DNA of 64,000 bases from Felis catus (lineage: Eukaryota), in the NCBI RefSeq assembly GCF_018350175.1, contig NC_058368.1, positions 74,464,001 through 74,528,000 on the forward strand, in the 5' to 3' direction. How positions within the stretch are numbered: position 1 is the first letter of the stretch; each line of letters starts with the position of its first letter. Below the pieces are notes generated by a model, which was given only the letters and a program-made list of their open reading frames with translations, was not told where the DNA came from and did no database searches. The position numbers were made by a program, and so were the translations under genes. Positions 12,969 through 26,587 of the stretch are shown one piece after another.

Positions 12969-13450
12969 TTAGTTCCGTGACATTTTATCACATGTATATT
13001 CATGTAACATCACTACAGTCAAGGCATAAAACTGTCCCTTCCCATAAAACTCCCTCCATCACCATGCTTCAGCCTCTGGCAGCCAGTAATCTGATCTCCA
13101 TCTCTATAATTTTGTCATTTAGAGAATATTATAGAAGTGCAGTCATATGAGATGATTCATATTTTTTGAGATTACCTTTTCACACTCAGCATAATGTGCT
13201 TGAAAGAGCCAATGCCCTTGTTACGTGCATCAATAGTTTACTCATTTTGATTGCCATTTTCCATGGTACACATGTGTCATGCCAGCTTCTTTGGCCACTC
13301 ACCTGTTGAGAGAAGTTTTGGTTGGTCTCAATGTTTAACTATTATACGCAAAGCTGGTAAGCACAAGATTTTGTGTAACCATTAGTTTCCATTGCCGTGA
13401 GATAAATGCAAAAGTTCATTGGCTCAGTTGTGTGGCGAAAAATGGCTGGA
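12730..13450 (-). mobile_element. L1MC-like 3' fragment with (TG)n
   Basis: Typical antisense L1 3'UTR/ORF2-end motifs. Confidence 0.65.
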
Positions 13451-13459
13451 GCCTTTATG

Positions 13460-13710
13460 CAAGAGAATAGAAGGAGACAGAGCTGAGTGGGGCAAAATAG
13501 TATATGGGTAAGGATATGTTCTCTGAGACCAGCGTATCTTGGTTTTATGTACAAGCTTCGTGTGATCCGTTGATAAAGTGGAAATTATAATGATGATGAC
13601 GACGCTATTTCACAAGGATTACCGTGATGACTGAATTAGTTGATTCATGCCAAGTTCTTAGAACCATGTCTGACACCCAATATCCTCTCAATTAGTGTCA
13701 GCTATTATGA
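13460..13710 (+). mobile_element. MIR SINE
   Basis: Core-like ...tttcacaaggatt..gtgatgactgaattag.. Confidence 0.5.
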
Positions 13711-13955
13711 TAATCTGCATGACTTTGATTACTAGCAAGATTAAACAGTTTGTTAAGATGTTGGATTTCTTCTCTTGTGGATTAAATAGTAATGCTTTAA
13801 TACGCTAATATTATCTAATACTTTTTCTTATTGATTTGTTTTGTTTTTATAACCCTTGGGGCCCAAATACAATCAAATATTCAAATTCATATTTAAAATA
13901 GATAATTTTTTCCTAATAATCAACAATAAAATTTAGAGGTTCTTGAGGATCTTAC

Positions 13956-14292
13956 CTATTATAAAATTCACTAACTTTATGTTCAGAAATGCTACATATT
14001 AGGGGGTGCTTTAATGAGCCCACAGATATGGGGATGAAAAGTGTGGTCCCTAATTTTCCTTATATCTGCACAATTTAATGGCAATCTCTAAAAATTGGCC
14101 AAACCTTTTTCTATTCAATACACTGGTGGTATTCAAATAATTTAAATAATGGTTCCAAATAGAATATAAAAGTGTGTTGAATATAAAGAGAAGGGAAACC
14201 TCAAAACCACCTTCAAAACATATTGAAACTTTCAAACATTGCTGAACTTTTAAAGGGTCCCAAGAGCAGAGAACAAAGTCTGGGGATAGTGT
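13956..14292 (-). pseudogene. ZP pseudogene: ZP-N2 first part
   Basis: atttcaag acceptor, AG|gtaaga donor; KVSICFEGGFEVSL...YLNTT...HICG...EFYN. Confidence 0.58.
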
Positions 14293-14544
14293 CTTGAAAT
14301 GAACAGACAAGAGCGTTCTCTGACCATAATCCTTCAGGCCAAATATACTATGTGATTTGGCCTACAGCACTCTTCCATTTTCTATTTTGCTTAACACCAG
14401 AATGTTTAACAAAATGCAGTAAAGAATAAATATTTGCATTGGTGAGCTTATTTTTCTGACAGTTGCCTGTCTTATTCAGCTTGTGTATACATGCTAGAAG
14501 CTTTGTGATTATCATAAAATTGTTATAAATTTGAGGTGTCTTTT

Positions 14545-14900
14545 TCATTCATTTAATACATATTGTGAATGCCTACTATATGGAAGGCACTGATCTGGCC
14601 ATTAGAGTCACAAGGTTGACCAAGAGACAAAAAGACTATTTCATGAGACTATTCCACTTGGGGAGATGGGCGAGGACATGAGTAGGAGGTGAAATTTCAG
14701 GTAACAATATGGCTCCTAGAGAATGAAACAAGGCAGGCAGGAGTGATGAGGATCCACTGCTATACAAAGTGATCAGGGATGGCCCCTGTGACCAAGTAAG
14801 GAGAAAGAAGCCCAGGTAAACAAGGAAATAAGGTTGCAATCATGTACGGAGGAGTTTTTCAACCAAGGAGCAGAAAGTTCTGAGACCCTGAAGTAAGATG
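14545..14900 (-). mobile_element. L2 fragment
   Basis: ttcattcatttaatacatatt..gcctactatatggaaggcact L2 3' end. Confidence 0.6.
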
Positions 14901-14907
14901 AATGAGT

Positions 14908-15275
14908 GCTCTGTTTTAATGTGTTCAGGCTGCTCCAACAAAATTGCCATAGGCAGGGTAACTTACAAAAAACAGAAATGTGTCGCACCGTTTTGGGGGC
15001 TGGGAAGTCCCAGGCACTGGCAGATTTGGTATGTGTTGAGGACCTTCCTCCTCATTCGTAGAAGGCCATCTTCTTGTTGTAACCTCACACGCTTGTAGAG
15101 GTGAGGCAGCTCTCTGGAACCACATTTATAAGGACACGGATCCTGTTCATAAGGATTCTGCCCTCATGATCTAATCACCTCCCAAAGAGCTCATTTCCAA
15201 ATATCACCACACCGGTGAGGGGTGGGGGGTAGGTTTCAACATATGAATTCTAGAAGACACAACATTCACTCTCTT
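14908..15275 (-). mobile_element. MaLR LTR (MLT1A-like)
   Basis: ctgccctcatgatctaatcacctcccaaag; tttcaacatatgaatt. Confidence 0.75.
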
Positions 15276-16954
15276 CAGTAGGTTTAAGGCCACATGAAAA
15301 ACCCAGAGTTCTACCAAGAACAATTTTGTAAAGCCTCTCAGAACCTTTTATAAGGTCCCAATTGTCTGCAGATCTCATAGCACTAAAGGTCAAAGCATTG
15401 AGAGCTACTGTAATCAGTGCTTATGTGTCTATCTTTCCACCTCACATGTGTACTCCTCAAAGTGAAAAGTGGTGTCTTACTTACCTCTGAGTCCAAAAGA
15501 TCCTAGACTCTATAGGATAGGTCAGACATAAAGCCAATAGTTGACAGAACATTTAAAACTCCCTGAGATTAATTTTGTTCCAAAGAACATGGCAGAGTTT
15601 GTGTTTTAGCTAATTGTTATATATAGAACACCTGGCCACTGTAAGAAAGAAACAAATTATAATTGTTACAGATTTTTCTCATCTATTTCTCCTCTATGAC
15701 CATATTAACTGCCATGAAACCATATAAACCGATGTTCTGATTTTGTTTACCTGAGATTGGGAAAGAAGAGAAAAGATTTACCTGTTGGTACTGTTCAATT
15801 CTATATGATGACACTACTTAATGAAGTCATGGTATTTCCTAAGTGATCTTTAAACTCTACCTATTGGGTGCCTACAAAGTCCCGAGCAATGTCAAAGTAC
15901 TAGGGATGTGCAGTGATGATGACAACGTTTCTGAAACTTAAGTCTAGTAGAATGAATTAAATGATGAACGGAAATATTTAATGACGTATCAGATGGCATC
16001 AGGAAGGAAAATTATGTACGATAAAAGGATAGTTACAAGAGATTGAACTGCTTGTGTGGATACATATTTTATTTGAATAAGATTTTATTAAGTCCAGATG
16101 CACATAGACACCTTAGAGTGACCATTAAAAGAACAATTATAGAATGTATAACCTTTGGATAGTGGTGGCATTAAAAGGAAATAAGTGAAAATTGGTCGAC
16201 TCAATAGAAAACAGATGGTGACCAAAAAAAAAAAAAAACCACATAAAGTAAGGATGTTAAGTAGAAAATGCAAAATAATATAATTAACTATAACTCAAAT
16301 GCATCAATCATCCAATGGATAAAACACACTTCAGAAGACCCACGTATTCAGATTGAATTATAGTAAAATCTGGATTGTTTAAAAAGGAATACAATAAATA
16401 GAAAAATAGAAAAATGTTCAAATAAAAAGAACCAAAATATTATTCTAGGAAAATAAATAAATTTGGCACTGCAATGCCAATATTAGACATAAGTATACTT
16501 TAAGGAAAAAAAGTAATCTGAGGAAAATGAGAGATATTACATATTAGTGCAGTGAAAACTACAAGGGCTGAAGACCACAGCGCTTTGTGCACAGTTACTA
16601 GTACCTATCAGAGAGGTCACTGAGCAGAGAAGGGGCGGCATGTTGGAGGAGATGTACAGGCAGTGGGGGGGGGGAATAAGCGGGGGCATATATTGATATT
16701 ATATGATATTATATAATATTATATATATTGATCAGTATCAATAACAAACTCTTTTCACACAGTATGTTTATGAAAGGTTCACGAAGTTGAAAGGTTTGAG
16801 TAAATATTGGAGCACTGAACTACAATGATGGAAATTTCATTTAATGAATTTCTCTGATATTTCTCACGACAAAGTCACAAAACCCAAATAGAGCAAATAG
16901 AGATCTATTGAATGTTCACGTGTTCTGGTTGCTCTCTTTTAAAATAAAAGATAG

Positions 16955-17340
16955 TGATGCCTGTGTGGCTCAGTCCCTTGAGTGTCGACGTTTTTTTTCT
17001 TTTTTTTTTTAATATTGTATTTATTTTTGAGAGAGAGAGTGGGAGAGGGGCAGAGAGACAGGGAGACAGAGGATCTGAAGGAGGCTTCACCCCAAGAGCA
17101 GAGGGCCCAACATGGGGCTCAAACCCACCAACCGGACATCATGACCTGAGCCAAAACCAAGAGTCAGACACTTAACCGGCTGAGCCACCCAGGTGCCCCA
17201 GTGCCCAACTCTTGATTTCCACTCAGGTCTTGATCTCAGGGTCCTAGGATTGAGCTCCATGTTGGGTTCTGCGCTGAGGGCGGAGCCTGCTTAAGATTCT
17301 CTCTCTGCCCCTCCCCCACTCTCTCTTTCAAAATAAAATA
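16955..17340 (+). mobile_element. CanSINE with an antisense CanSINE nested at 16991-17199
   Basis: Outer head is interrupted and resumes at actcttgattt. Confidence 0.9.
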
Positions 17341-18799
17341 GAAGAGGTTGTCCTTGATGATAGACCTTATTATTATTTTTAATCAGGACTTTGGAATTTC
17401 ATTTATTCATTAAACCGGTATATCTTGAGTGCCTTCTAGATTCTCGGCAAAAACAGAGATACCTGGGAGACACTAGTAGGGAAAACAAGTACCCTCTTTA
17501 CCCTCGTACATTCATAGTGTAGTAGATTTATCTACTGATATCCGCGAACTCATGTAACTCTGCACACCTACTAAGTAATACAGCCCAAAGTTCAATTTTT
17601 GTGGCATTCTCTTTCAGCTTTTATGTTTGCTCATTTTCAAAGTACTTCCAATGTATTTGCTCTTTTTTTCTTAATGAAGGAAAAAAATACTGAAATGTTG
17701 ATTCAGTTTTGTCTCATAAACTAATATAAATGAGTCAGAGTTGGAAATTATTAGTCATGCTAATGCAGGGAATCTTTAATCTCAATTGGATGCTCAATGA
17801 CCATAAGCCAATAAATCGTGTGCCTAATTATGAAGAAGAACAAACTTACAGAACATGAAAAAAGTGTCAGGAGAATTCTGTCACTTCATGTGTCACAGGG
17901 AATTGGACTTTTGGCTTTATGTAGATAAGATCATCCTTATACCATGCAATATATTTTCTATTTCACTTACTTTTAAATTTTTCTCAGGAACTCACTAGAT
18001 TGTATGTGACTCATCCAAATGAAACTGTATGAAAGAAACCAAAATTCCCATTTCCATGGCTTGCTTGCAGTGACTAGCAGGGATTCCTGTGGTGTCCTAA
18101 GCTCCACCTTCTTTCAGATGCCTGATTTTTTCCATCTGGTAGCTTGATATCCAGGGCAGCATGAAGCCACCTGTCTATAAAAGGAACTGCCCAGTAGAAG
18201 TGAGGCACGGGCTGCTTATGGAAGTGTTAATAGACCAGCAAGCTCAAACTTTCCCAGAAGTCCATAGAAAAATTCTGCTTGCTCTCATTGGTCTGAATGA
18301 AGATATATGCCTTGAAGCATTCACTCTTAAAAGTGCTATAATTACCCTTAGATCTTGGGTGATTTGCATTTCTGGGGCCAGGGGTGAAATCTGGACCCAA
18401 AGAGCAGATATTTTGAAATCAGGCACCCTTAGGTGAGATGAAGGAAGGAGTGGGTTGTGAGCACCGACAAAGAACATCTTCCACAGTAGAAGAGACTACT
18501 GCACCTGTTATATTCATTCAAACATCAGGCTTTGACATTGTTTTCAGTGGTGTCAATAATTAAATTTCTAAAAAGATGGACAGTGAATTCTCAAACCTAG
18601 AAATGTTTAAGAATAGTGTTGAGGAGATTTACACCAAAAATTAGAAGGCAAAATATGATCTTTGACCCCACCAATCCTGAGCTTCTGTAAAGTCTATGGT
18701 AATTATTATGTTTGTTTTGATGGTATTTAAAAATTTTACAAACTGAACACCTCTGAGATACTGCTTTTGTTACCATAATTTAACTGTATGATTTGTTTC

Positions 18800-19090
18800 C
18801 ATTTTTTCTTTCTTCTTCTTTTCTTTTTTCTTTTCTCTCCTTCCTTCCTTCCTTCCTTCCTTCCTTCCTTCCTTCCTTCCTCCTTCCTTCCTTCTTTCCT
18901 TCCTCTTTCTTTCTTTTTCTCCTTATCTTCTCCCCTCTTCCCTTCCTTTCCGTTCCCTTCCCTCCCCTCCCTTCTCCTCCCTTCCCCTCCCCTCCCCTCC
19001 CCTCCCCTCCCCTCCCCTCTTCTCTTCTCTTCTCTTCTCTTCTCTTCTCTTCTCTTCTCTCTCTTCTCTTCTTCTTTTTTTTTTCTCCTT
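18800..19090. repeat. Compound polypyrimidine microsatellite (TTCC)n/(CCCCT)n/(TCTCT)n
   Basis: Directly visible. Confidence 0.97.
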
Positions 19091-19491
19091 AGAATATAGA
19101 TTAAACAAGTGACATAGAGGTGAAGGTTATGTGGAAGTTATCACCTGGCATATCTTTAAAGGAAGAAAGTGCGAGAGTGGTACTATAGAGATGGCCCTTC
19201 TACCAAATGGTCACTTGGAAATCATCAGGTGAGCTCTGGAATTCTGCTCATCAGACTGGAGTATTGGGCTTCTCATTTGCACAATAGTATCTATGGAATC
19301 TCAAAACTATATAGAATATTGTCATCACAATTAATGTGCGTAAACATCAATCTTTAAGCTTCTATTGATGGGTTCAAGCAAATTCAAAATTTATGTACAT
19401 CTAGAAAGAATTCTAAAACTTTAGAACAAAGGAGGGCACAAACTGAACCAGCAATCTGCCAATGTTAGCTTTTTAAAAAATATGTATCTCT

Positions 19492-19730
19492 GGGGCTCCT
19501 GGGTGGCTCAGTCGGTTGAGCGGCTGAATTTGGCTCAGGTTATGACCTCCGTGTCTGTGAGTTCGAGTCCCGTGTCGGGCTCTGTGCTGACAGCTCAGAG
19601 CCTGGAGCTTGCAGCCTGCTTCAGATTCTGTGTCTCCCTCTCTCTCCGCCCCTCCCCTGTTTGTGCTCTGTTTCTCTCTCTCCTTCTGTCTCAAAAATAA
19701 ATAAACATTAATTAAAAAAATTAACAAATA
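19492..19730 (+). mobile_element. CanSINE
   Basis: TSD aaaaatatgt.tctct. Confidence 0.95.
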
Positions 19731-20316
19731 AAAAATATGTGTCTCTGAAATAAATTGCACAGAAAGATATTTAATATTAAAATTAAATATTTGTAAGGTT
19801 ACAATGATAAAACAAATGCTTCAAAAAGGTGGATGTTACACCAATATTAAGAAAACAAAGGAAGTGAGGACTGCATTGTCTACCCCCTCCTCTAGATGTA
19901 AGTGCCATGTTTTCCTAAAGTCTCAGTCACCAAATGTCACCCAAGGGTAGAGTCTCTATGTCACACTAGACCTTGTGGCCAACGTCTGTATCACTTTCAG
20001 TTTCTAGACCTTGTGGCCAACATCTGTATCAGATTTCAGGTTTGTTGATCTCCACCATCCACTGCCCCTGTAGGTTTTCCATGAAATCATAATTTTGTAC
20101 ATTTGTAAACTTCCGTTCAGCAAATGTTTTTTAGCTCTCCATCACACAGAACTCAGAATGCTAATCATACTGTATTGGAAGGGCTGACTAAACCCGAGTG
20201 TGACTTTTTCCAGCAGTTTCCTCATCTGCTAAGTAAGGATATTCCTTACATGATTGTGTGGTTCAGATTCAAATGCACAGGGTCAAGCAAGCATTCTGTA
20301 AACAACACTTACTCTT

Positions 20317-21613
20317 TTTTTTTATATAAAATTTATTGACAAATTGGTTTCCATACAACACCCAGTGCTCATCCCAAAAGGTGCCCTCCTCAATACCCAT
20401 CACCCACCCTCTCCTCCCTCCCACCCCCCATCAACCTTCAGTTTGTTCTCAGTTTTTAAGAGTCTCTTATGCTTTGGCTCTCTCCCACTCTAACCTGTTT
20501 TGTTTTTTTTTTTCCTTCCCCTCCCCCATGGGTTCCTGTTAAGTTTCTCAGGATCCACATAAGAGTGAAACCATATGGTATCTGTCTTTCTCTGTATGGC
20601 TTACTTCACTTAGCATCACACTGTCCAGTTCCATCCACGTTGCTACAAAAGGCCATATTTCATTTTTTCTCATTGCCACGTAATATTCCATTGTGTATAT
20701 AAACCACAATTTCTTTATCCATTCATCAGTTGATGGACATTTAGGCTCTTTCCATAATTTGGCTATTGTTGAGAGTGCTGCTATGAACATTGGGGTACAA
20801 GTGGCCCTATGCATCAGTACTCCTGTATCCCTTGGATAAATTCCTAGCAGTGCTATTGCTGGGTCATAGGGTAGGTCTATTTTTAATTTTCTGAGGAACC
20901 TCCACACTGCTTTCCAGAGCGGCTGCACCAATTTGCATTCCCACCAACAGTGCAAGAGGGTTCCCGTTTCTCCACATCCTCTCCAGCATCTATAGTCTCC
21001 TGATTTGTTCATTTTGGCCACTCTGACTGGCATGAGGTGATACCTGAGTGTGGTTTTGGTTTGTATTTCCCTGATAAGGAGCAACGCTGAACATCTTTTC
21101 ATGTGCCTGTTGGCCATCCGGATGTCTTCTTTAGAGAAGTGTCTATTCATGTTTTCTGCCCATTTCTTCACTGGGTTATTTGTTTTTTGGGTGTGGAGTT
21201 TGGTGAGCTCTTTATAGATTTTGGATACTAGCCCTTTGTCCGATATGTCATTTGCGAATATCTTTTCCCATTCCGTTGGTTGCCTTTTAGTTTTGTTGGT
21301 TGTTTCCTTTGCTGTGCAGAAGCTTTTTATCTTCATAAGGTCCCAGTAGTTCACTTTTGCTTTTAATTCCCTTGCCTTTGGGGATGTGTCGAGTAAGAGA
21401 TTGCTACGGCTGAGGTCAGAGAGGTCTTTTCCTGCTTTCTCCTCTAAGGTTTTGATGGTTTCCTGTCTCACATTTAGGTCCTTTATCCATTTTGAGTTTA
21501 TTTTTGTGAATGGTGTGAGAAAGTGGCCTAGTTTCAACCTTCTGCATGTTGTTGTCCAGTTCTCCCAGCACCATTTGTTAAAGAGGCTGTCTTTTTTCCA
21601 TTGGATGTTCTTT
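20317..21613 (-). mobile_element. Young 5'-truncated L1 (L1_Fc type) with open ORF2 C-terminus
   Basis: 357-aa ORF with [18 protein letters not shown] zinc knuckle; poly-A; perfect TSD aacaacacttactctt (20301-16 and 21614-29). Confidence 0.97.
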
Positions 21614-21664
21614 AACAACACTTACTCTTGTTACTGCTATTACAAAGTAGATGACAGGACTTAC

Positions 21665-21816
21665 CAACTAGAACAAATGAGGAGCTTTGTGATGGCAGAC
21701 TACTCCCTGGTGATGCTGGTGAGCCAAGGAGGGACCCTGGACAGCACTTTCTCAGCGCCCAGAAAATCCTGATGCTCGGGAAGGCTTTCACTCCTCATCA
21801 TTGTTTTACACTTGTC
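21665..21816 (-). pseudogene. ZP pseudogene: post-ZP1 cleavage/EHP-like exon
   Basis: Strong acceptor gtttgtttttaaccag and donor TG|gtaagt; DKCKTMMRSES...EKVLS(fs)GP resembles the external hydrophobic patch. Confidence 0.6.
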
Positions 21817-22179
21817 CTGGTTAAAAACAAACACAAAACACACAAACAAAAAATCGGTCTCTGTTGGATTAAAAATTCTGGCAGTAAGATGGAAGTTACA
21901 AGGTTAAAACAGGATTTCAGAGGAGACGATTTCACATAAAGGTCAGTAAAGTGTAGGGCGGTTTAGAAAGGTTTTTGGAAGTCAGGGTGCCCGATTTCCA
22001 TTTCCAATATATTTCATCACAGCATCCATCTGTAATTTGTTTTTAGGTGAAACCATTTCTTCCCTACTAATTATGCACTGCATCTATTCCTGCAAATTAA
22101 ATGCAATAAGAGAAACAAAAGAAGAAATAAAAGTGTCCACTACTCTGTACCTATGATTTGCGTATACTCGTATTCATGT

Positions 22180-22355
22180 GTGAGACCTCGGTTTGCAAGC
22201 ATAATTCATTTGGAAACATGCTTGTAATCCAAAGCACTTGTATATCAAAGTGAATTTCAAGAACCATTGGCTCCTTTGTGACACATGTGATCATGTGTTC
22301 CATCCTATGGAACACTGGCAGATCAAATTACCTGCAATCCAAGGTTTTACTGTAT
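22180..22355. mobile_element. Tigger-type (TcMar) MITE
   Basis: Ends ..tccaaggttttactg-ta; body typical of carnivore Tigger MITEs. Confidence 0.6.
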
Positions 22356-22639
22356 ATTTATATTCAGTTAAACCCTTAAGTTAAATGACCCTGTGCTAGA
22401 GAGAAAATGAATTTATATTAAATATGTATGTATGTATGTATGTATGTATATGTATACGTGGATAAATGGCTAAAGAACAGTTCCAGAGGAATATATTGAT
22501 TGGCTGAGCTGCGTAACAGAATACAGAATGGCATGGTCTGACTGTATGTCACAGTGGAGAAATGAAAAACAAAGAGGAAATGCTTTCAATTAATGGGAAA
22601 ATCATAGAGGCTTTAAACACTGGTAAGATATTGGGTACT

Positions 22640-22792
22640 CCCGGGATTAGCAATGTCAGTCACCAGGGAGCAGGTTGCAAAGGTAAATTCTTGTGCCTCA
22701 CCTTGGGGCAATCTGAATCAGAAGCTCTGAGGGGGGGGGCCGGGATCTTTCAACAACTGATTCTGAAGGTCACCTAGGTCAGAGGATGACTG
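22640..22792. mobile_element. MER5-like hAT MITE
   Basis: ctgaatcagaagctctg motif. Confidence 0.5.
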
Positions 22793-23361
22793 TGCCCCAA
22801 AAAACTGGGAGAGCGGCTGTGGGCAACACATCAGTGAAAGCTTTGAACTGACACCTGCTGCATCCTGTCCTTACTGGGGAGGTCCGCTCCTCACTTATGG
22901 GGTGGCGGAGGGGGGTGTTGGGTGGCTACTGAGTCTGTGCCCTTCTGCCCTCCCATCTGCATCTCTGGGTCCCCCCACCCCCAGTGATGCTCCCCGTGTT
23001 TTTGGTTTATATTTAATTCTGCATGACAAAGGAATTCTGTCACGTAGCCTTTTAATTAAAGCCAATCAGAGTCACCAAAGTGGCCTGCTTAATAAAAGAC
23101 AGCCTTCTTTCTGAGGAATTTTGCCATCCGGTTTAGATATCTGTTTTTTGGGGTTTTTTTTCCACCTCTGCTTGCCTCTATAACCCATCTGTCTACTCTA
23201 GGACAGAAACTGTTTCGGTTCAGTTTTTTAATTGTTGGGAGTCTCACAATAGTTGTGGTAGAGGAACCTTGCTGTTGAGATTACAAATTCATGCTCCAAT
23301 GATAAGGGTCTGAGATGGGAATTTGTTGTTTAGCACAAGTTTCTGATGACACTCATTTATT

Positions 23362-23525
23362 CATATATATATTATATATATTATATATATTATATATATA
23401 TTATACGTATTATATATAATACATATATAATATATATATAATATATATAATATATATATAATAACATATATATAATATATATATATATAATCTGTGAGTG
23501 TGTGTGCGTATGTGTGTGTGTGTGT
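23362..23525. repeat. (TA)-rich low-complexity tract plus (TG)n
   Basis: Directly visible. Confidence 0.95.
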
Positions 23526-25847
23526 TTAATATAGATACACCTATTCAAACACATAAGCTATAAAAATGCCACCTCCTTAGAGAAAGACTTCCTGAAGTAT
23601 TTATCTAACACAACTTATCCTGGTCTCCATAACATTTATTTTGATTTTGATTTAGATCAAGTATTTAAATCAAATATCTATTTATTCATTGGCTAGTTTT
23701 CCCTATGGGATACAAGTTCCATAACAGCATAAATGTTGCCTATATGGTTTCCAATTCTGTGCCTAAGGCCTAGAACAGTAAATAGTTAATGTTCACTATT
23801 TGTGAATGGAGACTTCATGAATGAAGTCAATAAACACATTTCTTAAGAAATAAATGAACGTTAAATAAAGCTGGCCCTATTCTGATTGTTAATACACACA
23901 TGCTCACTATTATTTTTATGTTATATTACTTGAAATGTTCTTTGGAATACTACATGCTTTATTAATTTCTAAAGAAAAACACTTTGATTCATTGGTATAA
24001 TAAACAAAATAGTCTATAACATGAGAGAATGGTACCCTCTGATTTGGAGGAGTTCAGTTGTTCAATTTTTCTCCCTTTACTTTTCTTTCTCCTGTTTTCA
24101 CTCTTTCATCCCTTGGCTTTGTCATAAGAAGTGATTAATTCTTCAGTGTTTTCAGATTTTTTTTAACACTCCTGGGCAGTAACTGTAATATTCTCCATAT
24201 TTCACATATATCTCCAATAATCATTATTATCATTTTTGACGCAGTGTTGTTACCTCCATAGTGCCTCTTCTCCATTCCTTCCGGAGAATAAACAAATTAT
24301 CATTCCCAAGGCTCAAATTACTAGGTAACCATATGTGTTGAGAATTTCATTAAAGTGGACTATTGTTATTGTTTGGAAAAGTTGAAACCTTCAGGGATTA
24401 TGGCTTCATCAGACAAGGGTTCCCACCACCTCACCAAGTGTCCAAAAGCACGAAGACTATTTACACAGAGTGACCCCCGGTCCAGGATCCTTCTTATTTC
24501 CTCCTCGGACATTCTTATGGTGATTTATGGCCACTTTGTCTTTGTGGTTGCCATATGTCCCCTCCCCCCAGCCCCCCCCCCCCCCCCCCCCCCCCCGCCA
24601 TCTCCAGGTTTCTCTCCGTATAACAGGCAGGAAAAGGGGGAAAGGACAAAAACTACAGGTGTACGCTGAGTTGTTTGTTTTCTCAAAATGCAATGACTTT
24701 ACAGTGACTCCACCTCGCTAAATTGCACTTAACATCCCTCTGGCCAGAACTGGGTCACATAATTATCCTTTGCCTTCAGCAAATCTGGGAAGAGATGTGT
24801 CATGTTTACCAGACAGAAAGTCATTTCGAATAAAACTCAGGTTCTCTTAGAAAGGAAGAATGTAGGTAACTATTTATTACCTTTAAATGTCATCGGCAAA
24901 GAGGTTCCCTTAATGTAACTAATGAGTGGTACAGGTCATTGCATTTTTCTTGAAATCCTTGTATAAATACATACCTCTCTCCTTTTAAAAATCTCCATGT
25001 AGACCACATATCCACATTTTTGCTTTATCAATATTAATGCCCTTTGCTCCAGATGAAGCTATGTGAATTTCATGAACAGAGTGCTGAGACCCCCAAATCA
25101 AAATGAAAGTCTTAAGAAGTCTCTAGGGAAGCTGAACTATTTCATCCCCTTTTCATGGTAGCGTTTCCAAATTCATGTGCCGTAACAGAAATTACAAATC
25201 CTGATTTTCCAGACTCTTGGTGTGTCTCTCATTGATAGAATTTTCAGGCAGTTTTAGGCTCTTCCGACAGACGTTCTAGGCAGCAACATGTGGACAGAGT
25301 TGAACTAGTAAGACTGCTTTCCTGAGCTGTAGCAAGTGTGTGTTTAATGTCAGTCCCATAGGTCAGTGGTGCAGGGGCAGACAATATGGCTACGGTCTCA
25401 TATTTCCAAGGTACCTTACGTTTTGACGTTGAGAAGAGTCTAATGAAACATTTGTCTAAGCCCTGGCACTTGAAGGATTTGGGAAGAGAATAAAAAGTGC
25501 CTCGCTTCTCTTCCCCAATTAAAATTAGCTTTCAGTGAAATCATTGAGTCTTCCCCAAAGCGAAATGTTTTGGTATTAACTTTGTATCTATTTCTCAGTA
25601 TAAATACATTCTCTCTTTAAATTATTTCTTATTTTTATAGACAGGCAAAAGTTCATCAAATTAAATCAGTTATTATGCTTGCAATTATTGTTATTTTAGC
25701 ATGGATGGCAATATATTTTGATCACTTAGAGAGGCTATTTACCTTTTCAATATAAAAAAATCAAAATGATTTTGACATGGAAGTTCAGCACATTACTGTT
25801 TGTTCCTTTATGATTGTCCATTTTATTTCCTTGATTTTGTTTTTTGT

Positions 25848-25965
25848 TATTTAATTTAAAATATTTAATTTAAAATAAAATATTTAATTTAAAATATTTA
25901 ATTTAAAATAAAATATTTAATTTAAAATATTTAATTTAAAATAAAATATTTAATTTAAAATATTT
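25848..25965. repeat. Pure A/T minisatellite, 33-bp unit (14+19), about 3.5 copies
   Basis: tatttaatttaaaa alternating with tatttaatttaaaataaaa. Confidence 0.92.
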
Positions 25966-25968
25966 CAT

Positions 25969-26069
25969 TTTGGGATGAGCACTGGCTGTTGTATGGAAAC
26001 CAATTTGACAATAAATTTCATATATAGAAAAACAATAAAAAAGAAAAAAGAAAAGAAATAAAATAAAAT
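25969..26069 (+). mobile_element. Very short L1 3'-terminal insertion
   Basis: tgggatgagcactgg..ggaaaccaatttgacaataaattt plus A tail; TSD aaaatatttcat. Confidence 0.85.
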
Positions 26070-26587
26070 AAAATATTTCATGCAGAATGGCCAACCGTGC
26101 ACCTAGAAAAAGAAAGTTGATGCATTTAAATGAGGTGAACTTAATATGGTAGCACCCAAATAGCCTGAAGGCCATATAAGTTTATCTGGCTGGTATGGTA
26201 ATCAATTCATAAATTATGTATGCCTAAGCCCTTTTCACCTTAGGCAGTTTCAGGATGTCCAAAAAACATCAAACTTAGTGCACTCAAATCAATGGTTTAA
26301 GTCATCCTAATGGCCAATTAAGACCACTGCAGAGATAGTCTCATCCATTATGCACAGTTGACTAACAGTGAAAAACCTTTAAGGATGTTACCCTAGATTT
26401 ATATTTCCTTGTCTTTCTAACTTTAACCTCTTACTCCCTTGCTGATATCAGTATTTTTTACCAAAGATGGGAGAGAATTCATTCTCTCAGTGTAGAGAGA
26501 AATGGTGTTTGGCCCCATAACCTGTGTACTAATAGACCGCTAGACCAGGAAAAGAGAAGGCACATTTTAAAGACACAGCAAATTTAC

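Noticed and set aside
18788..19108. P/S/F-rich ORFs
   Set aside because: Pyrimidine microsatellite
20548..21621. Longest ORF (357 aa)
   Set aside because: L1 ORF2 C-terminus of a truncated insertion, not a host gene
24355..24721. Poly-Pro and poly-Gly ORFs
   Set aside because: Poly-C tract within a probable old MaLR LTR
25420..25528. AG/GT-bounded open minus-strand segment LILIGEEKRG..
   Set aside because: Weak acceptor and no ZP motif; the 21665-21816 exon fits better after ZP-C1. Not fully excluded
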